Below the pieces are notes generated by a model, which did not search any database, was not told the DNA's origin, and worked only from the letters and a program-made list of their open reading frames with translations. A stretch of DNA of 63,928 bases, filler included, from an uncultured Methanoregulaceae archaeon (GTDB taxonomy: Archaea; Halobacteriota; Methanomicrobia; Methanomicrobiales; Methanospirillaceae): assembly GCA_964530035.1 (NCBI GenBank). It is 5 parts of 5 records of this genome, joined end to end, with 100 filler letters (N's around TTAATTAATTAA, not from the genome) between each part and the next. Parts side by side here need not be neighbours in the genome. Positions count along the whole stretch, not along the records: positions 29,229 to 43,688 come from CAZGXZ010000053.1; positions 43,789 to 58,227 come from CAZGXZ010000054.1; 3 more parts are not named here. One strand, given 5' to 3'. The stretch's first letter is position 1. The number at the start of each line of letters is the position of its first letter. Shown one piece after another: positions 40,847-50,803 of the stretch. Both the position numbers and the translations under genes were made by a program.

Positions 40847-40882
40847 CCATAGAAGATCGAGAGGTCGCATAACTATGGAGGT
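40847..40882 (+). promoter_or_regulatory. Putative uL1-binding autogenous-control hairpin overlapping the rpl1 SD
   Basis: CCATAG-AA-GATC-GAGA-GGTC-GCATAA-CTATGG; the 3' arm runs into GGAGGT. Confidence 0.55.
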
Positions 40883-40887
40883 TACAG

Positions 40888-41532
40888 ATGGTTGAGAAAA
40901 CCACCATCGTTGAGGCGGTTAAATCAGCCGTTTCGACTGCGCCGCAGCGCAAGTTCGCTGAGAGCATCGATATTACGGTGAACCTCAAGAACATTGACTT
41001 GACACAGCCCAAGAACCGTATCGACGAGACGATCCTCCTCCCGAATGGGACAGGACGGAAGGTCGGCATAGCGGTACTCGGCAAGGGTGACATCACAACC
41101 CAGGCAAAGGAGGCCGGAGCCGATCTCATCATCGGACCGGAGGAGATCGAACGGCTGGGCGGGGAACCCCGCGAGGCCCGGAAGGTCGCCAACGCCTACC
41201 GGTTCTTCCTTGCAGAGACCGCGGTCATGCCGCAGGTCGGTCGCTTCCTTGGTCCGAGGCTCGGCCCGAGGGGCAGGATGCCCATGCCGATCCAGGCCGG
41301 GACAGATATCCGCCCGATCGTGGAACGTCTCCGCAACTCGGTCAAGGTCAGGACGAAGGACAAGAAGACCTTCCATGTCAAGGTCGGCACCACGGCGATG
41401 GCGCCCGAACAGGTCGCCGACAACATTGACGCGGTCCTGAAGCGTATTGAGTCAGTTCTTGAACAGGGTTCGATGAACATCCGGTCTGTCTTCGTGAAGA
41501 CGACGATGGGACCCGCAGTGAGGCTGGTCTGA
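40888..41532 (+). CDS. rpl1: 50S ribosomal protein uL1
   Basis: RKFAESIDI, LGPRGRMP, KTTMGP. Confidence 0.98.
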   Translation: MVEKTTIVEAVKSAVSTAPQRKFAESIDITVNLKNIDLTQPKNRIDETILLPNGTGRKVGIAVLGKGDITTQAKEAGADLIIGPEEIERLGGEPREARKVANAYRFFLAETAVMPQVGRFLGPRLGPRGRMPMPIQAGTDIRPIVERLRNSVKVRTKDKKTFHVKVGTTAMAPEQVADNIDAVLKRIESVLEQGSMNIRSVFVKTTMGPAVRLV

Positions 41533-41533
41533 T

Positions 41534-42382
41534 ATGGCACTGTATACGCACCACCTCCCGCCCTGGAAACGGGGTGAGGTGGAGGACATCAAGAAGCTTG
41601 CCCAGCAGTACCAGCTTGTCGGACTCGTCGATATGTACGGGATCCCGGCCACCCAGGTCCAGAATATCCGGAGGAGCCTGAGGGGGAAGGCCGTCATCAG
41701 GATGGTCAGGAACACCCTCATCAGGCATGCGCTCGATGAGATCGGTGGCGAGATAACCGGTCTTGACAGGTTCATCTCGGGTCATTCCGCCCTGATATTC
41801 ACGAACGACAACCCGTTCAAGCTGTACAAGACACTTGAGAAGACCAAGACGAAGATGGTGGCGAGAGCCGGCGAAACGGCTCCCGAGGATATCGTCGTCG
41901 CCAAAGGTCCGACCAGTTTCAAGCCGGGGCCCATCGTTGGAGAACTCCAGCAGGCAGGTATCCCTGCAGCAATTGAAGCTGGCAAGGTCAAGATCCGGGA
42001 CACGAAGACCGTCGTCAAGAAAGGCGGGGTCATCAGTGCCAAGCTTGCCGATGTCCTTGCAAAGCTCGACATCAAGCCGATGGACGTAGGAATCATCCTT
42101 CAGGCAGCCTTCTTTGAGAAGGACCTGTATGAGCCGAAGGTACTTTCCATCGACGAAGGCATGTTCCTGGACATGATCGCCACCGCAGCCCGGCAGGCGT
42201 TCAACCTCTCAGTGAACGAGGCAATTCCGACCCGCGATACGATGCAGCCAATCCTTGTGAAGGCCGTTCGTGAAGCACGCGGGCTTGCAATCGAGGCGTC
42301 CGTCTATAACAGGGACGTCATGGACGCGATAATAGGAAAAGCATACCGTGAAGGGTCTGCCCTGCAGGCCCTCATGGGGTAA
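41534..42382 (+). CDS. rpl10: 50S ribosomal protein uL10 (P0)
   Basis: [26 protein letters not shown]. Confidence 0.97.
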   Translation: MALYTHHLPPWKRGEVEDIKKLAQQYQLVGLVDMYGIPATQVQNIRRSLRGKAVIRMVRNTLIRHALDEIGGEITGLDRFISGHSALIFTNDNPFKLYKTLEKTKTKMVARAGETAPEDIVVAKGPTSFKPGPIVGELQQAGIPAAIEAGKVKIRDTKTVVKKGGVISAKLADVLAKLDIKPMDVGIILQAAFFEKDLYEPKVLSIDEGMFLDMIATAARQAFNLSVNEAIPTRDTMQPILVKAVREARGLAIEASVYNRDVMDAIIGKAYREGSALQALMG

Positions 42383-42399
42383 AACAAGGTGAAATAATC

Positions 42400-42717
42400 A
42401 TGGAATACATCTATGCAGCACTTCTCCTCCACAAGGCTGGAAAGGAGATCAAGGAAGACAATGTCAAGGCAGTCCTTACTGCCTCAGGTATCGCCGTTGA
42501 CGACGCCCGCATCAAGGCACTTGTTGCAGCCCTTGACGGCGTGAACATCGAGGAAGCCATCTCCAAGGCAGCCGCAGCACCTGTTGCAGTAGCCGCAGCA
42601 GCAGCTGCTCCGGCAGCAGCTGCAGGCGCCCCTGCAGCCGCAGAGGAGCACAAGGAAGAGTCAAAGAAGGAAGAGGAAGAGAGCGGCATGGCAGGGCTCG
42701 GTGCCCTGTTCGGGTAA
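42400..42717 (+). CDS. rpl12: Ribosomal stalk protein P1/L12
   Basis: [11 protein letters not shown], Ala-rich hinge, GLGALFG. Confidence 0.98.
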   Translation: MEYIYAALLLHKAGKEIKEDNVKAVLTASGIAVDDARIKALVAALDGVNIEEAISKAAAAPVAVAAAAAAPAAAAGAPAAAEEHKEESKKEEEESGMAGLGALFG

Positions 42718-42720
42718 AAC

Positions 42721-42735
42721 CCTCCTTTTTTCCCC
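42721..42735 (+). terminator. Oligo-T terminator after rpl12
   Basis: CCTCCTTTTTTCCCC just after the stop codon. Confidence 0.5.
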
Positions 42736-42895
42736 ATGAATGGCCAGACCGCCCGTTCGGGAAGGCTGGTCTCGACAGCGGTAATTCTCCGTTAATGAAG
42801 GTATTTTCCACGGGTTGCATCTCGTTTTCCGTTTCTCCCGGTTGCGTCATCTGTCAGACCAGGAGCCAGGGTCATATCACGGATGCCTGAATCCT

Positions 42896-43688
42896 TCACA
42901 TCCGGTAGAACACCTCGATTCCTGTATCACTTCTCGTTGTGCTTGTCCCCAGGGCGTTTGAAACGCTCAGGGTCACGATGTAGGGGGTTTCCGCTGGCTC
43001 GTTATACGTGTGCACCGTGTTTTTCAGAGTCGAGGTGGAACCGTCGCCAAAGTCCCAGGACCACCGGTCCGGGGAACCGGCTGATTCATCGGTGAACCTG
43101 ACCGTCAGGGGGAGCGGGCCATAGGCTGGGTCAAAGGAGAACCTGGCAACCGGTTTCTGCTGAGGAGGTACGACCGTACCATAGAGGTCATCACGGGTAG
43201 GCAGACGGACGGCGGTCCCGGGGTGTGACGGTGTCATCCGGGGTGTGACGGTTGCAGGAGTCCCGGGACCGGCGGCCCTGACCCTGATATATCCTGTTTC
43301 TGTAACAGAATCCCGGCCGAACCGGTTCTCTACCGTTAGGCTGACCGTGTAGGAACCCGGAGCGGTATAGACATGCTGCGGGTCCCGGTCGGTTGAGGAA
43401 AAAGCGTCGCCAAAGTCCCAGGACCAGGCCTCAGGAGAGCCTGCCGACTGGTCGGTGAAGGTAACGGAGAGGGGAGGGGTGCCGTTCCGCGGTTCTGCAC
43501 TGAACATCGCTTCAGGCAGCCCGCCCGTGGCGATTACGTGAATGAGGTCGGTCTTCCGAGTACTCCGGCTGCTGTCGCTATACATGACCTTCAGGGTGAC
43601 CGAGTAGGTGCCGGGGGAGGTATACGTATGGACCGGGTTCCTGACTGGCGAGGTCGTCCCGTCTCCGAAGTCCCAGGACCAGGCCTTA
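42896..43688 (-). CDS. PKD-repeat surface protein, 5'-truncated
   Basis: Three WSWDFGD motifs, PLSVTFTDQS, NPVHTY. Confidence 0.9.
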
Positions 43689-43788
43689 NNNNNNNNNNNN
43701 NNNNNNNNNNNNNNNNNNNNNNNNNNNNNNNNTTAATTAATTAANNNNNNNNNNNNNNNNNNNNNNNNNNNNNNNNNNNNNNNNNNNN
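43689..43788. other. Artificial contig linker
   Basis: N44-TTAATTAATTAA-N44. Confidence 0.98.
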
Positions 43789-44208
43789 CTTCATGTGAAT
43801 GACCGCCCCGTCATTTCTCGCGGCCTCGATGAATGCCTGGTAGAGCGGGACGCTCCCCACCGACAGGTTCGTCGCGGCAACGACCCGCCGGCGTATCTCC
43901 ATGAAGTCCCCCCCGGTCGAGAGTTCCATCAGGGTGTCGGCACCCGCTTGTTCGGCCTGGCGGGCTTTTTCCACCTCCATGTCGATATCGACTATATCGG
44001 ACGAGGTCCCGATCGACGCGTTGACCTTCGTCCTGAGCCCTTCGCCTATCCCGCACAGCCTGATGTCCCGGTACGGCGAGACCGGGATGACGATCCTGCC
44101 CTCGGCGACCCCCCTCCGCACAAACTCCTCGGATACTCCCTCCTGGCGGGCAACCGTCTGCATCTCGGTGGTTATGACTCCCCGCTTGGCATCTTCGATA
44201 AGGCTCAT
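43789..44208 (-). CDS. thiC: Phosphomethylpyrimidine synthase ThiC family (ThiC or BzaA/B-like paralog), 3'-truncated
   Basis: IGEGLRTKVNASIGTS, GADTLMELSTGG, GSVPLYQA. Confidence 0.88.
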
Positions 44209-44417
44209 GTTCGTAACTATTCAGTGAATGACCAGATAAAGGCTTGTTTTTGAAAAAACAGGCGCAAGTGAGGTTGTTCTCTCAACAACTAAACTTGATT
44301 TGATGTAATGAAAATTACAAGGAGGTCCGTTTTCCCCGTGCGGGTATCCCCTGGGTATGAGGAGTGAGAATACCTTGATGAACGCATCTTTCCTACGTAT
44401 AGTGGTACATCCCAGGT

Positions 44418-45149
44418 ATGGTCCGTCTGAATTTCGGGGGTTTTGTCCCACTAAGCACCGTTGACTGGCATGGCCGCTCGGTCTGCACTGTTTTTCTCCG
44501 TGGCTGCCCCATCAGGTGCTCGTACTGCCATAACCGGGGTATTATCAGCGGTGTGGACGAGCGGGACACGGAGGACATCATTGGCATGATCCGTGATGCG
44601 CGCCTGCTCATCAGCGGGGTAGTCCTTTCGGGCGGAGAACCGACCTTGCAGCCGGAGGCCCTGAAGGAGATCGCCCGTGGAGCCCGCAGTACCGGGCTTC
44701 TCGTCGGCGTCCAGACCAATGGGATATTTCCTCTGGTCATTGCCGACCTTATCCGGGAACGGCTTGTTGACCGGGTTGCCCTTGATGTCAAGGCCGTGTG
44801 GAGCCGGTACGAAAGCCTTGTGCAGGCGGATGTCGCTGAAAATGTTAAAAAAAGCCTTGAGATCTGTAAAACAGCGGCAGCATCAGGTGCCCTGCCGGAA
44901 TGCGAGGTCGTGGTAACGCTGTTTCGGGGATATGAGCACGAGGCCGCCTCCATATCAGCAGAGGCCGGCGACCTTGTCCTGGTCCTCCAGCAGGGTGTTG
45001 TTCACGGCACAGAGCCCCTTTCGGTCGATGAGATCCGGGCGGTAGCGGACGGACTGGACAGGCCGGTCAGGATCAGGACGCGGGACAGTGGAGAAGAGTG
45101 GTATGAAGGTCATAGGTGTCGTCGGTCTTCCAGCGAGCGGAAAAGGTGA
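44418..45149 (+). CDS. Anaerobic ribonucleotide reductase activating-type radical SAM protein
   Basis: LSTVDW.G, FLRGCPIRCSYCHN, SGGEPTLQ. Confidence 0.88.
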   Translation: MVRLNFGGFVPLSTVDWHGRSVCTVFLRGCPIRCSYCHNRGIISGVDERDTEDIIGMIRDARLLISGVVLSGGEPTLQPEALKEIARGARSTGLLVGVQTNGIFPLVIADLIRERLVDRVALDVKAVWSRYESLVQADVAENVKKSLEICKTAAASGALPECEVVVTLFRGYEHEAASISAEAGDLVLVLQQGVVHGTEPLSVDEIRAVADGLDRPVRIRTRDSGEEWYEGHRCRRSSSERKR

Positions 45150-45651
45150 GTTCTCCCGGATAGCCCGTGAAATGGGCATCCCTGTCATTGTGATGGGGGA
45201 TGTGATCCGAAAAGCGGTTTTTGCGGCAGGTATGGAGCCGACTGATGAAAACATGGGGTTCATTTCAAGGAAACTCAGGGAGGAACGGGGGATGGCGGCG
45301 ATCGCGGAAGAATGCATCCCTGTAATAGAGGAAGAAAAAGCCGGCACTGTCCTTGTCGACGGTATCAGGGGGGATGCCGAGGTAGATGCCCTGAAGGAAC
45401 ACTTTCCTGATTTTTTCCTGGTTGCGATCGATGCCCCGGACGCGTCCCGTCTTGCGCGACTTGCAGGCAGGGGACGTCCCGATGATGCCGCCACGCTCGA
45501 GGAACTCACCGCCCGGGACCGGCGCGAGGAGCGGTGGGGCTTATTCGCCGCCATGGGGAAAGCGGACCTTCACATCGAGAACAGGGGGAGCCTTCAGGAG
45601 TTCCGGGAGAAGTCGCGTGAAGTGCTCAGTCAGGTGGCGGTACCCGCATGA
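45103..45651 (+). CDS. UPF0200 P-loop kinase (dephospho-CoA-kinase-like)
   Basis: VIGVVGLPASGKG, MGDVIR, VDGIRG, RDRREERWGL. Confidence 0.85.
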   Translation: MKVIGVVGLPASGKGEFSRIAREMGIPVIVMGDVIRKAVFAAGMEPTDENMGFISRKLREERGMAAIAEECIPVIEEEKAGTVLVDGIRGDAEVDALKEHFPDFFLVAIDAPDASRLARLAGRGRPDDAATLEELTARDRREERWGLFAAMGKADLHIENRGSLQEFREKSREVLSQVAVPA

Positions 45652-46421
45652 CCCGGAACTGGCATTTTTCTTCGTCTTCAAAAGTATGGGACTCGATAGA
45701 GTGGGTATACGGAATTGAGGAGGCCGGTTTCTCGGGTTGGGAGATAGTCGCCGATGGCAACTACCGGCTCGACCAGCCTGAGTGCCTGTCCCGTATCAGG
45801 GAGGTGCTTGCCTCGACACGCCTGAAAGCGAGTGTCCACGCCCCCTACGGTGACCTGAACCTCGCTGCATTGAATTACCCTATCTGGCAGGAGTCCATCC
45901 GCCAGGTCTGCACCTGTATCGAAAAGGCCGCTGAATTCACCGACCGTGTCACCGTGCACCCGGGCTACCTCTCTCCGGCCGGCAAACTGGTGCCCCAGCG
46001 ATCATGGGAGCACCAGAAGGCCGCCCTCATGACCATCGGCCGGACGGCGGCGGATGCCGGGGTGACCGCCTGCCTGGAAAACATGATCGGGATCAGGGAG
46101 TTCCTGTGCAGGGAACCCGAGGAGCTCGTCGGGATGACCGAAGGCATCGAGGGGATTGGGATCTGTATCGATATCGGTCATGCGAACACGCTCGGCCTGG
46201 TGGACAGGTTCCTTCCCTACCTGAAGTCGGCCCGGCACCTCCATCTCCATGACAACCACGGGTCATCAGACGAGCACCTCGCGCTCGGAGCAGGTACGGT
46301 CGACTGGAATGCCGTCGGCAGGGCCGTTGTTTCGGACTACCGGGGCATAATCGTCGTTGAAGGCAGGAACCTCAAGGAAGCCGGAACGAGCAGCCGTGTC
46401 CTCACCGGGTGGTTTTCATGA
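45648..46421 (+). CDS. Sugar-phosphate isomerase/epimerase (AP endonuclease 2) family TIM barrel
   Basis: SVHAPYGDLN, TVHPG, LENM, DIGHA, HLHDNHG..DEH, VVE. Confidence 0.88.
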   Translation: MTRNWHFSSSSKVWDSIEWVYGIEEAGFSGWEIVADGNYRLDQPECLSRIREVLASTRLKASVHAPYGDLNLAALNYPIWQESIRQVCTCIEKAAEFTDRVTVHPGYLSPAGKLVPQRSWEHQKAALMTIGRTAADAGVTACLENMIGIREFLCREPEELVGMTEGIEGIGICIDIGHANTLGLVDRFLPYLKSARHLHLHDNHGSSDEHLALGAGTVDWNAVGRAVVSDYRGIIVVEGRNLKEAGTSSRVLTGWFS

Positions 46422-47359
46422 GCGGAGAGACACTCCACGTGCATTTCCTGGGGACGGCAGGGGCCATCCCCACCACCACGCGGACGCTTTCCTGCATCAT
46501 GGTCCGCAGGGGCGCGGATACCCTCCTGTTCGACTGCGGCGAGGGTGCCCAGCAGCAGATGATGCGCGCAAGGACAGGGTTCACGGTTGATGCTATCTTC
46601 ATCACCCACTGGCACGCCGACCATTTCCTCGGCGTGATCGGGCTTGTCCAGACCCTCTCATTTATCGGGCGGGACGCACCGCTCAGGGTGTTCGGACCGG
46701 CCGGGGTTGAGGAGTTTGTCGGTGAAATGAAACGCATATGCCGGAACAATATCCGGTTTCCCGTCAGGAGTATGCGGATCTCGGACGGTGACCAGGTCCG
46801 GTTCGATGGCTACACCGTCACCGCATTTGCCGTCGACCACGGGACACCCGCACTCGGTTACGTGCTGTGCGAGGACGACCGTCCGGGCCGTTTCGACAGG
46901 GAGACCGCGATCGCCCTCGGAGTCCCGCCCGGACCCCTGTTCGGCAGGCTGCAGCGTGGCGAGGAGGTCACCATCCAAAGAGACGGCTGTCCGACGGTTA
47001 TCCGCCCTGGTGACGTGATGGGCTCCAGGAGGCCTGGCCGGAAGGTCGTCTACACCGGGGATACCCGGCCGGTCAGCTCCCTCCCCCCGGACCTTGTTTC
47101 CGGTGCCGACCTTTTTATCCATGATGCGACCTTTGACGAGTCTGAACGTCAGAAAGCGACAGAGTTTGCCCATTCGACCGCGAAGGATGCAGGCATCTCG
47201 GCAACCCGCTACAAGGCCCGGAAACTGGCCCTGTTTCATATCAGCTCACGGTATACGAAGACCGATGCCCACATCAGTGATGCACGGCAGTGCTTTTCCG
47301 GGGACATCATCGCCCCTGATGACCTGGCGATGGTGGAAATCGGTTTCAGGGACGAATAG
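46418..47359 (+). CDS. rnz: Ribonuclease Z
   Basis: FLGTAG, FDCGEG, THWHADH, GP-rich flexible arm, YTGDT, HDATF, HST, HISSRY. Confidence 0.97.
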   Translation: MSGETLHVHFLGTAGAIPTTTRTLSCIMVRRGADTLLFDCGEGAQQQMMRARTGFTVDAIFITHWHADHFLGVIGLVQTLSFIGRDAPLRVFGPAGVEEFVGEMKRICRNNIRFPVRSMRISDGDQVRFDGYTVTAFAVDHGTPALGYVLCEDDRPGRFDRETAIALGVPPGPLFGRLQRGEEVTIQRDGCPTVIRPGDVMGSRRPGRKVVYTGDTRPVSSLPPDLVSGADLFIHDATFDESERQKATEFAHSTAKDAGISATRYKARKLALFHISSRYTKTDAHISDARQCFSGDIIAPDDLAMVEIGFRDE

Positions 47360-47473
47360 GCCGCACCGGGTGCATCACTCCCGGTAACATCCTGTATGAT
47401 GGACCTGCCCGCGGGAGGGCCTGTCGCTTGCCGCGGATATGTTAGTGTATAAAAAGTGAAACAACGATAGTAA

Positions 47474-47596
47474 TCAGAAGGGGGAGCAGAACGACCCTCA
47501 GGGGGATGCCGGCAGGGCACCTGCCCGGGCAGGGCCGAAGAAGCCCGTTCCTGACGATGCCCGGAGGGGTCGTGCCGCCCTATGCAATGATTCTGG
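47474..47596 (+). ncRNA. Candidate structured leader or sRNA upstream of RecJ-like gene
   Basis: TATAAAAA at 47448; long irregular stem ACGACCCTC/GAGGGGTCGT with apical hairpins CTGCCCGGGCAG and GGGC-CGAAGAA-GCCC. Confidence 0.35.
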
Positions 47597-47625
47597 TATG
47601 AATAGAACGCCGGGGATACGAGCCG

Positions 47626-49512
47626 ATGGATACTACTGATTCGATACTTGTATATCGCCTTTCTCATACCTGCGATCTTTCCGATGTCAAGGAGGGTACC
47701 GTCTACATCGGCAAGGTCCAGGGATTTGCCAACTTCGGGACCTTCGTCCAGTTAAATGACCGCATCAAGGGGCTGGTCCATAAGAGCAACGTCAAGACGG
47801 AACACCATGAGCGGGAAAATATCCTGGTCAGGGTCGTGAAGATCCGTGACAACGGGAACATCGACCTGTCCGAGGAGCTGATCCCGAGGTATGAGACCCG
47901 GGTCGTTGAGCGTTCCTCGCCGGCCGTCCGGCTGTCAGACCTGGCCTCGAAGAGGGGCAGGACTGTCATGATCGAGGGGGAGGTCTCCCAGATAAAGCAG
48001 ACCGGGGGTCCGACCATCTTCACCATCGTGGACGAGTCCGGGACGGAGAATGCCGCGGCATTTGTGGAGGCGGGCGTGCGGGCATATCCCGAGGTCGAAC
48101 TGGGCGACGAGGTACGGATCATCGGGGAGGTGATGCAGCGGAACAACCAGTTGCAGGTGGAGGTTGAGTCGATGACGGTACTGACCGGGGTCGAGGCTGA
48201 AACCGTCCGGAACCGGATCGAGACCGCCCTCGACCTCCGCTCGGAGCCCGCGGACATCCCGTTCCTGGTGGAGAGCGAGGTGCTGGAGCGCCTGAAACCT
48301 GCGATCTCATCATCGCCAGCCACAGCATCAATGAACTTNNNNNNNNNNATGAAGCAGGTGGCGAAACAGATTCGCAAGGCGGTCTTTACCGCCCAGCCGA
48401 TCATACTCCGGCACCATGCCGATGCCGACGGCATCTGTTCGGCGGTCGCCATCGAGCAGGCCGTGGTATCACTTATCCGTGACTCCGGAGGCGATTTCGA
48501 TGCTGATTATTTCCTGTTCAAACGCTCTCCCTCGAAGGCGCCGTTCTACGAGGTCGAGGACATCACCCGTGACATAGACTTTGCGCTCAAGGACCATGTC
48601 AGGTTCGGGCAGAAACTTCCGCTGATTATCCTGACCGACAACGGTTCGACCGAGGAGGACATGCCGTCCCTCCGGTTTGCAAAAATCTACGGGCTCTCCA
48701 TCCTGACCATCGACCACCACCACCCTGACACCATCGTCGACGACTACCTCATCGGGCATGTGAACCCGTACCACCAGGGGGGCGATTTCGGGATAACCGC
48801 CGGTATGCTGGGCACCGAAGTGGCACGTCTCATCAACCCCGCGGTTGAGCCCGTGATCCGGCACCTCCCGGCAGTTGCCGGGACCGGGGACCGCAGCGAG
48901 GCACCGGAAAGACAACGGTATATCGGCCTGATCCGCAGTGAATACAGCGATGATGACTTAAAGGAGATGGCCCTTGCCCTCGATTACACCCAGTTCTTCC
49001 TACGGTTCAATGACGGACGGGAACTGGTAAAGGACATACTGAACATGACGGGTGACCCGGAACGGTTCAGGGCCCTTAAAAAGCTCCTTGCCGAGCAGGC
49101 AAACGATGCGATAGAGGAACAGATGAGTGCCTGTATGCCCCACGTGGTCCGCCGTGACCTTGCCAACGGGGCCCACCTGTTCCTCATCGACGTGGAGATC
49201 CATGCCCACAAGTTTACCTTCCCTCCTCCGGGGAAGACCTCGGGGGAGGTCCATGACCGCCTGTGCCGGACCTATGAGGGAGAACCGGTGGTAACCCTTG
49301 GTTTTGGACCGGACTTTGCAGTCCTCCGCTCCCGTGGAGTAATGATGAACATCCCGAGGATGGTCCGCGAGCTCCGTGATGAAATCCCCGGCGGGGGAAT
49401 CAGCGGCGGCGGACACCTTGTGGTCGGGTCGATCAAGTTCGTCGAAGGGATGCGTGATACCGTGCTGGAAGCCCTGATAACGAAGATATCCTCTGCCGGT
49501 ACCGGCAGCTGA
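47626..49512 (+). CDS. Archaeal RecJ-like DHH phosphoesterase with S1 and OB domains (internal scaffold gap 48339-48348)
   Basis: S1 FGTFVQL...GLVH, OB QIKQTGGPTIF, RHHADADG, TIDHHH, GGGH. Confidence 0.9.
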   Translation: MDTTDSILVYRLSHTCDLSDVKEGTVYIGKVQGFANFGTFVQLNDRIKGLVHKSNVKTEHHERENILVRVVKIRDNGNIDLSEELIPRYETRVVERSSPAVRLSDLASKRGRTVMIEGEVSQIKQTGGPTIFTIVDESGTENAAAFVEAGVRAYPEVELGDEVRIIGEVMQRNNQLQVEVESMTVLTGVEAETVRNRIETALDLRSEPADIPFLVESEVLERLKPAISSSPATASMNXXXXMKQVAKQIRKAVFTAQPIILRHHADADGICSAVAIEQAVVSLIRDSGGDFDADYFLFKRSPSKAPFYEVEDITRDIDFALKDHVRFGQKLPLIILTDNGSTEEDMPSLRFAKIYGLSILTIDHHHPDTIVDDYLIGHVNPYHQGGDFGITAGMLGTEVARLINPAVEPVIRHLPAVAGTGDRSEAPERQRYIGLIRSEYSDDDLKEMALALDYTQFFLRFNDGRELVKDILNMTGDPERFRALKKLLAEQANDAIEEQMSACMPHVVRRDLANGAHLFLIDVEIHAHKFTFPPPGKTSGEVHDRLCRTYEGEPVVTLGFGPDFAVLRSRGVMMNIPRMVRELRDEIPGGGISGGGHLVVGSIKFVEGMRDTVLEALITKISSAGTGS

Positions 49513-49684
49513 TACCGACTTCCCGCCTCATTTTTATTAAAAACGAGCGCTAGCTTTAAGTTCCAATGATTATATAGCTGAGAGACAAGAGTTCTGCCGC
49601 CTGGCGGCGGGACGATGGAACACGCATGAATCATGCACACGACCGGTATCCTTTCCGGTCACCATGATCCTCACAGGTGAATCT

Positions 49685-49939
49685 ATGCACGAAACGACGC
49701 GAAGGATCAGGGAGAGGTACAATGAAACCCAGGACAAGATCCTCAGTTATTTGGACGGTGGGATCCTGAAGGGTAAGCATTATTTCAAATCCAAATATAT
49801 TGCCAAGGACCTCGGCCTCTCCTCAAAGGAAGTAGGAACGAACATGGCTATTCTCGCTGAGATATGCCAGGAACTGAAGATCATCCGCTGGAGCTATTCC
49901 AACAGCACCACCTGGATGGTCACCCGTGCAGTTGTCTGA
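49685..49939 (+). CDS. Small winged-helix protein of Methanomicrobia/Halobacteria type
   Basis: YFKSKYIAKDLGLSSKEVG...WSYSNSTTW; AGGTGA SD upstream. Confidence 0.8.
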   Translation: MHETTRRIRERYNETQDKILSYLDGGILKGKHYFKSKYIAKDLGLSSKEVGTNMAILAEICQELKIIRWSYSNSTTWMVTRAVV

Positions 49940-49965
49940 ACACATCCGCACAAAACTCTCTTTTT

Positions 49966-50154
49966 ATGGTAACGGTTGCACAGTTTGAAAAAGAGATAGA
50001 GTTTATCGCATCGATAAACGAGCAGAAGGACTGCCTCATGTCCCAGGACAGTACCCAGGACGACCCGGGGAGCCTCTGGTTTAACATCGATGTCCCCAAG
50101 GGTCACGGCCTGAAAGCAGGTGACCGGGTAAGAATTACCCTGGAAAAAGTGTAA
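49966..50154 (+). CDS. Small hypothetical protein
   Basis: ORF MVTVAQFEKE...GDRVRITLEKV followed by a T-tract. Confidence 0.65.
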   Translation: MVTVAQFEKEIEFIASINEQKDCLMSQDSTQDDPGSLWFNIDVPKGHGLKAGDRVRITLEKV

Positions 50155-50164
50155 AGCCTTTTTT

Positions 50165-50803
50165 TTAGAACCTGGGTGCCGGTTTCCTTGAAAAGTCCTC
50201 GCGGATCTGCTGGAGCCGTGCTTCCTGGAAGTTCAGGTTCACCTGCATGTTCCTGATGGCCGTGTTGATATCCTCCGACAGTTTCATCCCGGGGTCGCTG
50301 ATGTTGTAGGTCGTTTCGAGGATACGGAGGAGCCGCCGGTTGATGTCGATGCTTTTTGAGAGGCGTCCGTACTCATCGATGATCTTCTTGTCGAACCCTG
50401 CATCAAGGGCCTGGCTCATGTCCCTCTCAATCGTCTTCTTCCGCGAGAGGACCCGTTCGATGGCATCGTACAGTTCCTTGTGCGTGATGGGCTTCAGGAT
50501 GTAATCCTCGATGTAGATGCCGTATTCCTTCGCCTCAAAGGGTGTGAGTTGTTTTGCCGTGAGCATCATGACCGGGATATCTTTGATTTCCAGGTTTCCC
50601 TTGATGTTGACAAGCGTTTCCCATCCGTCCATGGGCTCCATCATGATGTCGAGGAGGATGAGGTCCGGCTGAAGGGTCAGGAGTGTGTCCAGGGCTTCCT
50701 GTCCCCCATATGCTGCGACGGTCCGGTAGCCTCCCCGTTCCAGCATGGTGACGAAGATATCGACGATAAACGGGCTGTCATCGACAACCATGATGGTATA
50801 CAT
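50165..50803 (-). CDS. Response regulator (receiver plus helical tail)
   Basis: VVDDS, LLDIMM.PMDG, MLTAK, ILKP. Confidence 0.93.
   Translation of the reverse strand: MYTIMVVDDSPFIVDIFVTMLERGGYRTVAAYGGQEALDTLLTLQPDLILLDIMMEPMDGWETLVNIKGNLEIKDIPVMMLTAKQLTPFEAKEYGIYIEDYILKPITHKELYDAIERVLSRKKTIERDMSQALDAGFDKKIIDEYGRLSKSIDINRRLLRILETTYNISDPGMKLSEDINTAIRNMQVNLNFQEARLQQIREDFSRKPAPRF

Noticed and set aside
48301..48348. Apparent insertion (AISSSPATASMN) in the RecJ-like protein
   Set aside because: Directly abuts a 10-N scaffold gap; most likely misjoined sequence rather than an intein or intron.
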